Below, piece by piece: positions 11,077 to 21,812 of a DNA stretch of 32,000 bases. A program made the position numbers and the translations under genes. The DNA is from Limnohabitans sp. Rim47. GTDB lineage: Bacteria; Pseudomonadota; Gammaproteobacteria; Burkholderiales; Burkholderiaceae_C. The stretch lies in NCBI RefSeq assembly GCF_001517545.1, contig NZ_FBYA01000001.1, forward strand, positions 764,976 through 796,975, read 5' to 3'. The notes beneath the pieces are model-generated. The model made no database searches, was not told the origin of the DNA, and worked only from the letters and a program-made list of their open reading frames with translations. How positions within the stretch are numbered: position 1 is the stretch's first letter; every line of letters begins with the position of its first letter.

Positions 11077-12151
11077 TGTCATCGCGCAAATTGAAGGCCG
11101 TATCGGCTGCATCACCCTGAACCGACCCAAGGCACTCAACGCCTTGTCGCTGGAGATGGTTCGCGCCTTGACCCACGCGCTTTTGGCTTGGCAGGATGAC
11201 CCGCAAGTGCTGGCTGTCGCGGTGCGCGGCACGGGCAAAGAAGGCCCCTTTGGTGCTTTTTGTGCAGGTGGCGATATTCGATATTTCCACCAAGCAGCAC
11301 ACGCTGGCGATGCTTCATTGGGTGATTTTTTTACCGAAGAGTACCGCCTTAATCACTTGATTCACACCTACACCAAGCCCTACATCGCCTTCATGGACGG
11401 CATCGTCATGGGGGGTGGCATGGGCATCAGCCAAGGTGCAAGTGTGCGTGTGGTGACCGAGCGCACCAAGATGGCCATGCCCGAGACCCATATCGGCTTG
11501 TTTCCGGATGTGGGCGGCGGCTATTTTCTGAGCCGTTGCCCAGGACGTTTGGGCGAATACTTGGGTCTCACTGGACACATGTTGGGGGGCGCTCAAGCTG
11601 TGGCCGCCAAGCTGGCTGACATCGCGTTGCCCAGTGGCATGCTCGAGCCGATCTGGCAAACCTTGATCAGCAGCCCTTTTGAAAACGCCGAGTCGGTGGA
11701 GCGTTGGGTGTTGGCTCAGTCAGGTGCTTTGACACCTGAAAAGCTTGCACCTCAGCCTCAAATTTACGAGGTATTTGGTTTGCCCAGCATCGCGGCCATG
11801 CTGACCAAGCTGGAATCAGGCACTGACGAATGGAGCCAGAAAACGGCCCATACCTTGCGCCACCGGTCACCCTTGATGTTGCATGTGGTGCTGGCGCAAA
11901 TTCGCCGCGCTCGACAAATGAGTCTGGCCGACGACCTGCGCATGGAGCGCGACATGGTGCACCACTGCTTCCACCTGCGCGCCGTGGCAGACAGTGACAC
12001 GGTCGAGGGCATTCGTGCCTTGGCGGTCGACAAGGACCACACCCCGAACTGGAAGCCTGCGCGGGTCGAAGAGGTGGATGCTGCCGAAGCCGCGCGTTTC
12101 TTTGTGAGCCCCTGGCCTTCTGATCACCACCCTTTGCGCGATTTAAGCTGA
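11069..12151 (+). CDS. Enoyl-CoA hydratase/isomerase family protein, 3-hydroxyisobutyryl-CoA hydrolase-like
   Basis: The ORF is 360 aa. Crotonase-fold motifs are present (FCAGGDIR, MDGIVMGGGMGIS, FPDVGG), and the length fits the long ECH_2/HIBCH subgroup. Confidence 0.8.
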   Translation: MSDVIAQIEGRIGCITLNRPKALNALSLEMVRALTHALLAWQDDPQVLAVAVRGTGKEGPFGAFCAGGDIRYFHQAAHAGDASLGDFFTEEYRLNHLIHTYTKPYIAFMDGIVMGGGMGISQGASVRVVTERTKMAMPETHIGLFPDVGGGYFLSRCPGRLGEYLGLTGHMLGGAQAVAAKLADIALPSGMLEPIWQTLISSPFENAESVERWVLAQSGALTPEKLAPQPQIYEVFGLPSIAAMLTKLESGTDEWSQKTAHTLRHRSPLMLHVVLAQIRRARQMSLADDLRMERDMVHHCFHLRAVADSDTVEGIRALAVDKDHTPNWKPARVEEVDAAEAARFFVSPWPSDHHPLRDLS

Positions 12152-12168
12152 TTGGTGGGCGTTGATGC

Positions 12169-12663
12169 TCAGCGGTCGCGGTGGCGGCTTTTCATGGCGC
12201 GTTCCACTTCTCGCTTGCCTTCGCGGTCCTTGATGGTGTCGCGTTTGTCGTGCTCAGCTTTGCCCTTAGCCAGGGCAATGTCGCACTTCACTTTGCCCGA
12301 CTTCCAGTGCAGATTGATCGGCACCAGGGTGTAGCCCTTTTGTTCGATCTTGCCGATCAGTCGCTTGATCTCTTCCTTGTTCAGCAGCAGTTTGCGCGTG
12401 CGGGCGGCTTCGGGGCTGATGTGGGTTGAGGCGGTTTTGAGCGGGTTGATCAGGCAGCCGATGATGAACAATTCGCCGTTGCGAATGACCACATAGCCGT
12501 CGGTCAGTTGCACTTTGCCTTCGCGGATGGCCTTGACCTCCCAGCCCTCCAGCACCATGCCCGCCTCGTAGCGTTCTTCGAAAAAATAGTCGAAGGACGC
12601 TTTTTTGTTCTCGGCAATCTTGGCAAAAACGGGGGCAGCGGGAGACTTTTTTGTGGTGGCCAT
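12169..12663 (-). CDS. smpB: SsrA-binding protein SmpB
   Basis: [32 protein letters not shown]...LLLNKEEI...[11 protein letters not shown] is typical of SmpB. The start was moved to the ATG at 12663 (MATTKK), giving 164 aa. Confidence 0.9.
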   Translation of the reverse strand: MATTKKSPAAPVFAKIAENKKASFDYFFEERYEAGMVLEGWEVKAIREGKVQLTDGYVVIRNGELFIIGCLINPLKTASTHISPEAARTRKLLLNKEEIKRLIGKIEQKGYTLVPINLHWKSGKVKCDIALAKGKAEHDKRDTIKDREGKREVERAMKSRHRDR

Positions 12664-12757
12664 GGTAAGCAGATAAGGACGGGCTGGCCGTTCGCAAGAG
12701 TGTGCAGCCCGGCGATAAGCGAACAGGCAGATCGAAAAACTACAATCGGTGCATTGT

Positions 12758-13198
12758 ATGAAGAATATCCACAAGTCCGTCCTCATCTGGTATGCCCCAG
12801 AGGAAATGTTTCGCCTCGTCACCGATGTGGCCCGTTACCCCGAGTTTTTGCCCTGGTGTGACCGCGCCAGCGTGCTCGAAACCGACGATCAAGGCATGGT
12901 GGCCGAAGTGGGCATCAGCCTGGCCGGCATCCAACAAACCTTTACCACCCGCAACACGCACGAAGAAGGGCGCTCGGTCGGCATGAGCCTGGTCAAAGGT
13001 CCGTTTTCCAACCTGAGCGGCACGTGGCGGTTTAGCCCTGTGGGCGATGGCACGCAGCGAGCCTGCAAGGTCGAGCTGGATTTGCAGTACGGTTTTTCCA
13101 GCAAGACCTTGGCCGCACTCGTGGGCCCTGTGTTTGACAAGATCGCAGCCAGCCTGGTCGATGCGTTTGTGAAACGCGCTGAAACGGTCTATGGCTGA
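12758..13198 (+). CDS. ratA: SRPBCC-fold protein, RatA/YfjG (Coq10-like polyketide-cyclase family)
   Basis: [34 protein letters not shown] is typical of the family. The gene is divergent from smpB and followed by rnfH, the conserved proteobacterial arrangement. An alternative ATG lies at 12749. Confidence 0.8.
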   Translation: MKNIHKSVLIWYAPEEMFRLVTDVARYPEFLPWCDRASVLETDDQGMVAEVGISLAGIQQTFTTRNTHEEGRSVGMSLVKGPFSNLSGTWRFSPVGDGTQRACKVELDLQYGFSSKTLAALVGPVFDKIAASLVDAFVKRAETVYG

Positions 13199-13583
13199 AC
13201 ACACCCTTGCAGTCACGCTTTGCTGGAGCCTGGCGCCCCGTCACATTCAGGAAATGAGCCTGCGGGTGCCTGTCGGCAGCACCGTGGCGTCGGTGTTGGC
13301 TCAGGGCGTAGCCCAATGGCGGCAAAGCAAGGCCGTGGCCGATGAGAGCCTGGATGGATTGTCCGATGCCGCCCAATCTTCCTCCCTTGAATTTCAACAG
13401 CCCGGAATCTGGAGCCGTAAAGTGCCCTGGACTCAGCCCGTCCAAGACGGGGACCGGATTGAGTTGTACCGGCCTCTCAAAGTCGACCCCAAAGTCGCCC
13501 GCCGCCAGCGCTTCAAGCGCCAGGGCAAGGGGCGCACGGGCCTGTTTGCCAATCGCAAAAGCGGCTCGGCCGCCGGTTATTGA
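13191..13583 (+). CDS. rnfH: RnfH-family ubiquitin-like protein (YfjF/RatB, UPF0125)
   Basis: The ORF overlaps the ratA stop by 8 nt. The C-terminal DGDRIELYRPLKVDPKVARRQR motif is typical of RnfH. An internal insertion makes it 130 aa. Confidence 0.7.
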   Translation: MAEHTLAVTLCWSLAPRHIQEMSLRVPVGSTVASVLAQGVAQWRQSKAVADESLDGLSDAAQSSSLEFQQPGIWSRKVPWTQPVQDGDRIELYRPLKVDPKVARRQRFKRQGKGRTGLFANRKSGSAAGY

Positions 13584-13591
13584 AACACGCC

Positions 13592-14500
13592 ATGCAAGCC
13601 CTTTTGAACGCCATTGCCCAGATGCACAACACCGCCGATGCGCACCGGGTGTTCCATGGTCGCGGGGGTATGTACCCCGGCTGCGAGCAGTGGGCGCTGG
13701 ACTGGTTTGCACCCGTGTGGGTGCTGACCAGCTTCAAGCCTGTGACCGATGATGAATTGACCCAGTGTCAAAGTGCACTGCAAGCCCGCTGGGACACATT
13801 GGCTCCGGGCGAACCACTCAATTGGGTTTTTCAGTGCCGTGCGACAGGTCAAACTGAAACCCGCCTTATGTCAGGCAGCGTGCCCGAACCGCATGTGGTG
13901 ACCGAGCAGGGTGCACGTTATCTGGTGCATGTGATGCGCGGCCAAAACCACGGCCTGTTTTTGGACATGGCGAACGGCCGTGAATGGTTGAAGCACCACG
14001 CCAAGCACGAAAACATCTTGAATTTGTTTGCCTACACCTGCGCGTTTTCAGTGGCGGCTTTGCAGGGCGGGGCGGCGCAAGTGGTCAACCTGGACATGAG
14101 CCAGGCCGCTTTGGCCGTGGGGCAACAAAACCACCGCCTGAATGACCTGCCTGCTAAAGCCCGGTTTTTGGGGCATGACGTCTTCAAAACCTGGGGCAAG
14201 ATCAGCAAGATGGGGCCTTATGGCGTGATCGTGATCGACCCGCCCAGCTACCAAAAAGGCAGCTTTATCGCCACCAAAGACTACATCAAACTGATCCGGC
14301 GCTTGCCCGATTTGCTGGAGCCGCAAGGCCATGTGCTGCTGTGTCTGAACGCCCCGGAGCTGGACACGCAGTTTTTGCACAGCCAGGTGGCCGAGGCCGC
14401 CCCGAGCTTGCGTTTTGTCGAGCGTCTGGCCAATCCTGCGGCTTTTGTCGACATCGACCCTGAAAAATCCCTCAAAGTGCTGCATTACCAAAACGCCTGA
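13592..14500 (+). CDS. Class I SAM-dependent methyltransferase, RlmI/RlmK catalytic-domain-like
   Basis: LNLFAYTCAFSVAALQGGAAQVVNLDMSQAAL (SAM-binding motif I region) and VIVIDPPSY (motif IV) are present. An alternative TTG start lies at 13580. Confidence 0.7.
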   Translation: MQALLNAIAQMHNTADAHRVFHGRGGMYPGCEQWALDWFAPVWVLTSFKPVTDDELTQCQSALQARWDTLAPGEPLNWVFQCRATGQTETRLMSGSVPEPHVVTEQGARYLVHVMRGQNHGLFLDMANGREWLKHHAKHENILNLFAYTCAFSVAALQGGAAQVVNLDMSQAALAVGQQNHRLNDLPAKARFLGHDVFKTWGKISKMGPYGVIVIDPPSYQKGSFIATKDYIKLIRRLPDLLEPQGHVLLCLNAPELDTQFLHSQVAEAAPSLRFVERLANPAAFVDIDPEKSLKVLHYQNA

Positions 14501-14593
14501 TCCCTTTTTGCGTTTCGCACACCCCCATTTGAGGGAATTGGCGCGGGAAATCCCTTGGTCTGCGCGGGTACAATCCATTTTTTGGAGCCTTAG

Positions 14594-16066
<1,473 letters not shown>

Positions 16067-16084
16067 AATCTGACTCTGACCACC

Positions 16085-16117
16085 AAGGCGTCTGCACCCC
16101 AGACGCCTTTTCATTTC
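16085..16117 (+). terminator. Stable hairpin between guaB and guaA (weak terminator or processing/attenuation element)
   Basis: A 10-bp stem AAGGCGTCTG (16085-16094) pairs with CAGACGCCTT (16100-16109) around a 5-nt loop. It is followed by TTTTCATTTC, an interrupted T-tract, only 20 nt before the guaA ATG. Confidence 0.4.
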
Positions 16118-16136
16118 TCAAAGAACGACGCCTGCC

Positions 16137-17750
16137 ATGCAGCACTCCAAAATTCTGATCCTCGACTTCGGCTCGCAAGTCACCCAGCTGATCGCCCGCC
16201 GCGTGCGCGAAGCACATGTGTTTTGTGAAGTGCATCCCTGCGACGTGAGCAGCGACTGGGTGCGCGAGTACGCCAAAGACGGTAACCTCAAAGGCGTGAT
16301 CTTGTCGGGCTCGCACGCCAGCGTCTACGAAGTGGATGACCGCGCACCCGATGCCGTTTTTGAGCTGGGTATCCCAGTTTTGGGCATCTGCTACGGCATG
16401 CAGACCATGGCCGAGCAATTGGGCGGCAAGGTCGAAGCTGGTCACACCCGCGAGTTCGGCTACGCCGAAGTGCGCGCCCATGGTCACACCGAATTGCTTA
16501 AGGGCATTGAAGACTTCGCCACGCCCGAAGGCCACGGCATGCTCAAGGTCTGGATGAGCCATGGCGACAAAGTCACCCAACTCCCCGAAGGCTTCAAGGT
16601 CATGGCCTCGACACCGGCTTGCCCCATTGCGGGCATGGCCGATGAGTCCCGCCACTTTTACGCGGTGCAGTTCCACCCTGAAGTCACGCACACCGTTCAA
16701 GGCCAGGCGCTGCTCAACCGGTTTGTGCTCGACATTTGCAAGGCCCGCCAAGACTGGATCATGGGCGACTACATCGAAGAAGCCGTTGCCAAGATCCGCG
16801 AGCAAGTCGGTGACGAAGAAGTCATCCTCGGCCTGTCTGGCGGTGTGGATTCCTCTGTGGCTGCTGCATTGATCCACCGCGCCATTGGCGACAAGTTGAC
16901 CTGTGTGTTTGTGGACCACGGCTTGCTGCGCCTGAACGAAGGCGACATGGTCATGGACATGTTTGTCGGCAAGTTGCACGCGCACGTCATTCGCGTGGAT
17001 GCCAGCGATTTGTTCCTGGGCAAGCTGACGGGTGTGAGCGAACCCGAAGCCAAGCGCAAGATCATCGGCGGCCTATTTGTCGATGTGTTCAAAGAGCAGG
17101 CTGCGAAACTTAAAGCGGGCGACGGCGGCCACAAGGGCGCGACCTTCCTCGCCCAAGGCACGATTTACCCCGACGTGATCGAGTCCGGCGGTGCCAAGAG
17201 CAAGAAGGCCGTCACCATCAAGAGCCACCACAACGTGGGCGGTTTGCCCGAGCAACTGGGCCTGAAACTGCTAGAGCCTTTGCGCGAGTTGTTCAAAGAC
17301 GAAGTTCGCGAACTCGGTGTGGCCCTGGGCCTGCCGCGTGAGATGGTCTACCGCCACCCCTTCCCAGGCCCCGGCTTGGGCGTTCGGATTTTGGGCGAAG
17401 TTAAAAAAGAATACGCTGACCTGCTGCGCCGTGCGGACGCCATCTTCATCGAAGAGCTGCGCAACTTCACGGACGAATCCGGTAAAAGCTGGTACGACTT
17501 GACCAGCCAAGCCTTCACTGTGTTCTTGCCCGTGAAAAGCGTGGGCGTGATGGGCGATGGCCGCACCTATGACTATGTGGTGGCCTTGCGTGCGGTGCAA
17601 ACCAGCGACTTCATGACCGCTGATTGGGCCGAGCTGCCCTATGCGCTGCTCAAGAAGGTATCGGGCCGCATCATCAACGAGGTGCGTGGCATTAACCGAG
17701 TGACCTACGACGTGTCATCGAAACCACCGGCGACGATCGAGTGGGAGTGA
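16137..17750 (+). CDS. guaA: Glutamine-hydrolysing GMP synthase
   Basis: The ORF is 537 aa. It has a GATase domain (GICYGMQ, catalytic Cys), an ATP-PPase P-loop (SGGVDSS) and the canonical C-terminus PPATIEWE*. Confidence 0.96.
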   Translation: MQHSKILILDFGSQVTQLIARRVREAHVFCEVHPCDVSSDWVREYAKDGNLKGVILSGSHASVYEVDDRAPDAVFELGIPVLGICYGMQTMAEQLGGKVEAGHTREFGYAEVRAHGHTELLKGIEDFATPEGHGMLKVWMSHGDKVTQLPEGFKVMASTPACPIAGMADESRHFYAVQFHPEVTHTVQGQALLNRFVLDICKARQDWIMGDYIEEAVAKIREQVGDEEVILGLSGGVDSSVAAALIHRAIGDKLTCVFVDHGLLRLNEGDMVMDMFVGKLHAHVIRVDASDLFLGKLTGVSEPEAKRKIIGGLFVDVFKEQAAKLKAGDGGHKGATFLAQGTIYPDVIESGGAKSKKAVTIKSHHNVGGLPEQLGLKLLEPLRELFKDEVRELGVALGLPREMVYRHPFPGPGLGVRILGEVKKEYADLLRRADAIFIEELRNFTDESGKSWYDLTSQAFTVFLPVKSVGVMGDGRTYDYVVALRAVQTSDFMTADWAELPYALLKKVSGRIINEVRGINRVTYDVSSKPPATIEWE

Positions 17751-17755
17751 CTTTT
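17736..17755 (+). repeat. attL core (guaA terminal codons plus 5 nt): ATCGAGTGGGAGTGACTTTT
   Basis: This is a direct repeat of 24669-24688 at 17/20 identity, and it contains the functional guaA stop. Confidence 0.6.
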
Positions 17756-17910
17756 GTGAGCTAAGTTATTGATTTATATAGGTTTTCAACTTACACAAAA
17801 GTTTCACGCGACACGCTAAGTCGTTGCTTTTAAACGCTTTTGGGTTTACAGTTGCACAAAGAGTCGCACAGCGTTGCGGCTACTCAAAACTGTAGTTACC
17901 CAAAAGTTCG

Positions 17911-19197
17911 ATGACACTCAAAAAACAAGAATTTAGTGACGACGAAATCCCAATTTTCGAGGATGCGTTAGTCTACAAACGCGGTGAATATTGGCAGATG
18001 CGTATGTGGCTCGCTAAGGAGCACAAGTACGCACGATTCAGCTTAAAAACGCGAAATAGAAGTACAGCAATAGACAAAGCCAAGCTCCACTATCACGAGC
18101 TTATGGCAGGGCAGTTACAAGGTAAAAGCTACTTTTCAATCACAACACGTATGGGTGTTGAAATGTACTTGGAGCACAGAAAGAAGGACGTTACAAACGG
18201 CTTCATTGTCAGCGGCAGGTACAACACTATCGCAACACATCTTAAGCACTGGCTCACATTTATTGGCAAAGATGTGAAGCTTAAGGAGCTTGAGCGTACA
18301 GATTGTGAAGATTATTTTGCCAGTCGCACAAAGACAAAGAAAAAAGAAACGATACGCATAAGTCAAACAACTGTTGAGAACGAGCAAAGTTCAGTCAACG
18401 CAATGATGGCGTGGCTTTACAAACACAAAGAAACATACATTGACGGCTTTGACTTTAAGAAGCTTAAAGCTGTTGACAAAGGCTCAGAGGCTAACAGACG
18501 AAATACTTTTACAGATGACGAAACTGCACGTTGGACAGTTGAGTTAAGCAAGTACATAAAGGAAGCAGAAAAGGACTGGTCAGAGCCAAATAACTTAGTC
18601 AAAGCTGTCTGCGGTTATTACTTGGGCTTCTCGCTGATTACAGGCTTAAGGCGTGGCGAACAGCTACAGCTTAAGTGGAGTGACATTGAAGATATGGAAC
18701 ACACAGAAGCAAGAGGCAATGGCTTTGACTTGATTAAAGTTACGGTACGTGGAGAGACAAGTAAAGTTAGAAAGACACGTCAGTTTGTAGTTAAGGATTC
18801 TGTGTACTTGAAAGGCTTGATTGAACTAACACGACGGAGGCATAAAGAAAAGATAGCAGAGCCTAAGCTATATGAGTTGGTTAAGGATGAACTGATGTTC
18901 AGTACTAACGGCAAGACAGCAATTACAGCAAGAGCAATTGGGATTCATTTTGATAAGTTAGTTGCCTTAGCTAAGATTCCTAACTCAGATAAGCGTGGTT
19001 TAGTTCCTTACAGCTTGAGGCATTACTTCATAACTCAACGTGTCAACAGTAACTTGCCACCTGCGTCAGTAGCAGAGATGTGCGGTACGAGCATCACTCA
19101 AATTGAGAAGACTTATTACCACACAACAGAAGCGAAGATGATTAGCAACGCTTTGGCAGATTACGAGTACAAAGACGGGATGCTGATTCCTAAGTAA
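17911..19197 (+). CDS. int: Tyrosine-type site-specific integrase
   Basis: The ORF is 428 aa. It shows GLRRGEQLQLKW (catalytic Arg I), SLRHYFITQ (Arg II/His) and EKTYYH (nucleophile Tyr). It is the first island gene, 160 nt from guaA. Confidence 0.88.
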   Translation: MTLKKQEFSDDEIPIFEDALVYKRGEYWQMRMWLAKEHKYARFSLKTRNRSTAIDKAKLHYHELMAGQLQGKSYFSITTRMGVEMYLEHRKKDVTNGFIVSGRYNTIATHLKHWLTFIGKDVKLKELERTDCEDYFASRTKTKKKETIRISQTTVENEQSSVNAMMAWLYKHKETYIDGFDFKKLKAVDKGSEANRRNTFTDDETARWTVELSKYIKEAEKDWSEPNNLVKAVCGYYLGFSLITGLRRGEQLQLKWSDIEDMEHTEARGNGFDLIKVTVRGETSKVRKTRQFVVKDSVYLKGLIELTRRRHKEKIAEPKLYELVKDELMFSTNGKTAITARAIGIHFDKLVALAKIPNSDKRGLVPYSLRHYFITQRVNSNLPPASVAEMCGTSITQIEKTYYHTTEAKMISNALADYEYKDGMLIPK

Positions 19198-19223
19198 ATT
19201 TTAATCAATGAAAGAGGCAAATA

Positions 19224-20315
19224 ATGACTGATTTTAAAAAGTTGATTTTCTTGTTTTTGGTAGTTTATTTAAATTGTACGAATGCCAATTCATTTGACAA
19301 GATAAGCTCCTATCAGAACGCCAAGCATCCACCTTTCTATTCTGAAACATTTCCTCTTGACTCTTGGGGGCGTACGCCATTATTGGCGGAGGCAAGAGCA
19401 TTTTTTAAATATAGCGATGGAAATAATGGCTTGCTTGCAAATGAGCATGGGTATCAAACGCATAATCACACATTGCAACAAGCAAAATCTGGAATAGTAA
19501 ATTTTTATGTGATGAAGAATTCAGAGTGGCTGAAAGCAGATGTGAAAATAAATTACAAAGCAGAGACATGTATCCATGCTCGAAAAATAGTTTCTGCTGA
19601 TTTTAATAATGACAATGTAATTGATTTTGCATTTATGTGTCAGGGATATGATGCAATGCCATTTCCAGGTGAAAAGATGAAGATTTTATTGAGTAAATCT
19701 TCTAATGAATATGATTTTCAAGTTTTGCACGATGATGTGGATTTTTATCATGGAGGCGCAAGTGAAGATTTTAACGGAGATGGGTTGCCTGATTTACTAG
19801 TAGGTACAATGAATAGCCCTAAACTCTATATGAACTTAGGAGATGGCAAGTTCAAATATGATAGGACTTTTAGTCAAATCAAGCGTGCATTTTCAATTGA
19901 ACTAGTAGATGTAAATAATGATGGAAAATTCGACGTTATATCTGGTGCGCATGAGTGGGAAACGCCCACAACTATATATTTTAATAATGGTAAAAATGAG
20001 TTTTCATATTTTGGCGGGTTAACTATTCCGCCCGTGTCTGGTGCTGGCAATGTTTTGGATTTTATACAGTCCAAAAATGACAACTGCTTATATGTAATGC
20101 GGACTGGCGGAGAAAAAGGCAATAGAGCAATTTGGTATAGAGGTGTTTTCATCCAAAAGTTATGTGGTAAAAATTCTGAAGTAATTTACGAGAATAAAGA
20201 TTGGGTGGACCCAACTCGAAAAAGTTATAAATTTACATCAATGCGATGGATGATTGAGTCTGAAGGTGCGCTCATATCAGACTGGGGTGGTTTCCTTAAA
20301 ATTCCCCTTAAGTAA
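19224..20315 (+). CDS. Secreted FG-GAP/VCBS-repeat protein
   Basis: An N-terminal signal-like segment (LIFLFLVVYLNCTNANS) precedes three DxNxDGxxD-type Ca-binding repeats (DFNNDNVIDF, DFNGDGLPDLLVG, DVNNDGKFDVISG). The gene is AT-rich. Confidence 0.7.
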   Translation: MTDFKKLIFLFLVVYLNCTNANSFDKISSYQNAKHPPFYSETFPLDSWGRTPLLAEARAFFKYSDGNNGLLANEHGYQTHNHTLQQAKSGIVNFYVMKNSEWLKADVKINYKAETCIHARKIVSADFNNDNVIDFAFMCQGYDAMPFPGEKMKILLSKSSNEYDFQVLHDDVDFYHGGASEDFNGDGLPDLLVGTMNSPKLYMNLGDGKFKYDRTFSQIKRAFSIELVDVNNDGKFDVISGAHEWETPTTIYFNNGKNEFSYFGGLTIPPVSGAGNVLDFIQSKNDNCLYVMRTGGEKGNRAIWYRGVFIQKLCGKNSEVIYENKDWVDPTRKSYKFTSMRWMIESEGALISDWGGFLKIPLK

Positions 20316-20427
20316 ATGCTTAATGGCACCAATAAACACGTCAAAAAAGCCCTACAGCGGGGTTTAAAAAGACAGACAAACCGTGTCGCAAACGGAAAAG
20401 AAAACGACAGCTTGTATGGTGCCTACA

Positions 20428-20616
20428 TCAAAGCTTAATTGACTTAAAAGCGAGAGCAGAAACGGTGTCTCTCGCTTTTGCAAGTTTTTGACGTTCTCTC
20501 TCTGCCTTTAAGTTTTTAGCTGCCGCATCCTTCGTTTTTTTGAGTGCTTCAATTCGTGCCTTTTCAGGCGTCATAGGTCCAACTGGTTTGATACCTTTAA
20601 GTTCATTTATAGTCAT
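20428..20616 (-). CDS. Small Lys/Ala-rich hypothetical protein (62 aa)
   Basis: The ORF lies downstream of, and on the same strand as, the 146-aa gene. I recognised no motif. Confidence 0.4.
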   Translation of the reverse strand: MTINELKGIKPVGPMTPEKARIEALKKTKDAAAKNLKAERERQKLAKARDTVSALAFKSIKL

Positions 20617-20684
20617 AAGAAAGATCCATTCAAAATTACTTATCAGTAATCTTAAATGGAGCTATTTGGAATCTTAAAATAACT

Positions 20685-21125
20685 TTATTTGGTGAATCCC
20701 GCTTTGAGTTTATCGCTTGCTTGGGCGATAGCATCATCTAATTCACCAGCTATAACAGCATCTTTCAGCGTTACCAATGTTGCAAGCAACTCATCGCCAG
20801 AGTTCAATTCAATAGCGTTCTTGCCTTTAGCCAGTTCCAGTGTCTTGCTTCCGTAGCGAACTGACAGATGAATTTTTCCAGCACTGTTCGTCCAATACCA
20901 TTCCTTAATACGCTTAGTTGCTTCAACTGTTTTACGCTCGCCAGTGGCTTTGTCGATGACGTTTTTTAGCCGTTTTGGAGCATAAATCTGTCCATCTCGC
21001 TGAGCAGTTGCAAACAGTAATTGCTCATCAATTTTGCCAGCAAGCTTGTTCCTGCGAGCAACGATTGGGCTAACGATACGTTCCTTTTTGCTGGATACCA
21101 GCTTAAGCTTTGCAATGACTGTCAT
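20685..21125 (-). CDS. Hypothetical island protein (146 aa), first gene of the leftward module
   Basis: This is a clean ORF divergent from 21228..21812. I think I have seen the sequence type (KLKLVS...RRNKL...YAP...GERK...WYW...ELAKGKNAIE...AGELD) as a conserved hypothetical in proteobacterial islands. No function is assignable from sequence. Confidence 0.55.
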   Translation of the reverse strand: MTVIAKLKLVSSKKERIVSPIVARRNKLAGKIDEQLLFATAQRDGQIYAPKRLKNVIDKATGERKTVEATKRIKEWYWTNSAGKIHLSVRYGSKTLELAKGKNAIELNSGDELLATLVTLKDAVIAGELDDAIAQASDKLKAGFTK

Positions 21126-21132
21126 ATATCAC

Positions 21133-21168
21133 CTTTTTGGTTGTTAAAAGCTAAACTATATAACCAAA
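21133..21168. promoter_or_regulatory. Candidate operator in the divergent promoter region
   Basis: A perfect 8-bp inverted repeat TTTTGGTT (21134-21141) / AACCAAAA (21161-21168) is separated by 19 AT-rich nt. It sits between the divergent starts at 21125 and 21228. Confidence 0.3.
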
Positions 21169-21227
21169 ATGTCTATAGGACAACCTGAAAAACCATCTCC
21201 TTTTCTTTGGTTTGCATAAATAAACGT

Positions 21228-21812
21228 ATGAGCAAATTACAGGAACTACAAGAAAGATGCCAGCAAAAGGGCTATGACAGGCTGTCACGCAGGCAGGTGC
21301 TTGCTGATTGGCTTGGCAAGGGCTGCGAGAAGCGTTTTGACATGGGTTTGACGCTGATGCCCAAAAAGGTGCATCACAAGCAGAAATCAGCTCGCTACGG
21401 GATGAAAAACACACAAGTTCTGCGTCACTTAAACAGCAGTGAGCTTGTAAGCGCCAGCAATAGATTTGTTGAGCTTTTAAACAGGCTCATTTACAAGCAA
21501 GCGTACAAACGCTTCAACAAGCGTTTGGACATTGTGATGGTGACGGAGGGTGAACAAGAGCTGATTGACTTACACACACACTTTGCCATTCGAAAGCCAG
21601 AGCAGATGCCAATAAAGCAATTTGTTAGGGCTGTGCATAAAGCAATTGAGTTAAGTGGCGACTTTGAAATTACAAATCCAAACTATGTCGCAGACGCAGA
21701 TATTTTGGTAGACAAATACAGATACAAACTCGACTTGATTGACGAGGGTTGGCTCACATACATCACAAAGAAACTGGACGGTAAAGATATGAAAAATCTT
21801 TACCTGCCGTAG
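21228..21812 (+). CDS. Hypothetical protein with weak HUH-endonuclease/Rep-like motifs (194 aa)
   Basis: The start was moved to the ATG at 21228 (MSKLQELQ). The motifs are KRLDIVMVTEG, then IDLHTHFAI (H-x-H followed by hydrophobics), then LTYITKKL (YxxK) near the C-terminus. An iteron-like region follows immediately. The functional call is low confidence. Confidence 0.5.
   Translation: MSKLQELQERCQQKGYDRLSRRQVLADWLGKGCEKRFDMGLTLMPKKVHHKQKSARYGMKNTQVLRHLNSSELVSASNRFVELLNRLIYKQAYKRFNKRLDIVMVTEGEQELIDLHTHFAIRKPEQMPIKQFVRAVHKAIELSGDFEITNPNYVADADILVDKYRYKLDLIDEGWLTYITKKLDGKDMKNLYLP

Noticed and set aside
12664-12757. A search for ssrA (tmRNA) next to smpB, and for a tRNA (metY-like) upstream of rimP at 1696-1846.
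   Set aside because: Neither spacer shows an acceptor-stem/T-arm pattern (GGTTCGAATCC-like) or the tmRNA 3' end. At 94 and 151 nt the spacers are also too short or occupied by promoter and terminator elements.
12758-13583. ratA-rnfH read as a mobile toxin-antitoxin system.
   Set aside because: This is the conserved housekeeping smpB/ratA/rnfH neighbourhood, with host-like GC and codon usage. There is no sign of mobility and nothing unusual in the sequence.
20316-20327. A 12-nt direct repeat ATGCTTAATGGC at 20316-20327 and 21867-21878, each downstream of a + strand island gene.
   Set aside because: One exact 12-mer pair is about what is expected by chance in 7 kb of AT-rich DNA, and the flanks show no further similarity.
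21151-21414. An 87-aa minus-strand ORF overlapping the divergent promoter and the 5' end of the Rep-like gene.
   Set aside because: It overlaps a better-supported + strand gene and the intergenic control region. Its translation is Cys/Ser-rich with no motif and no ribosome-binding site.
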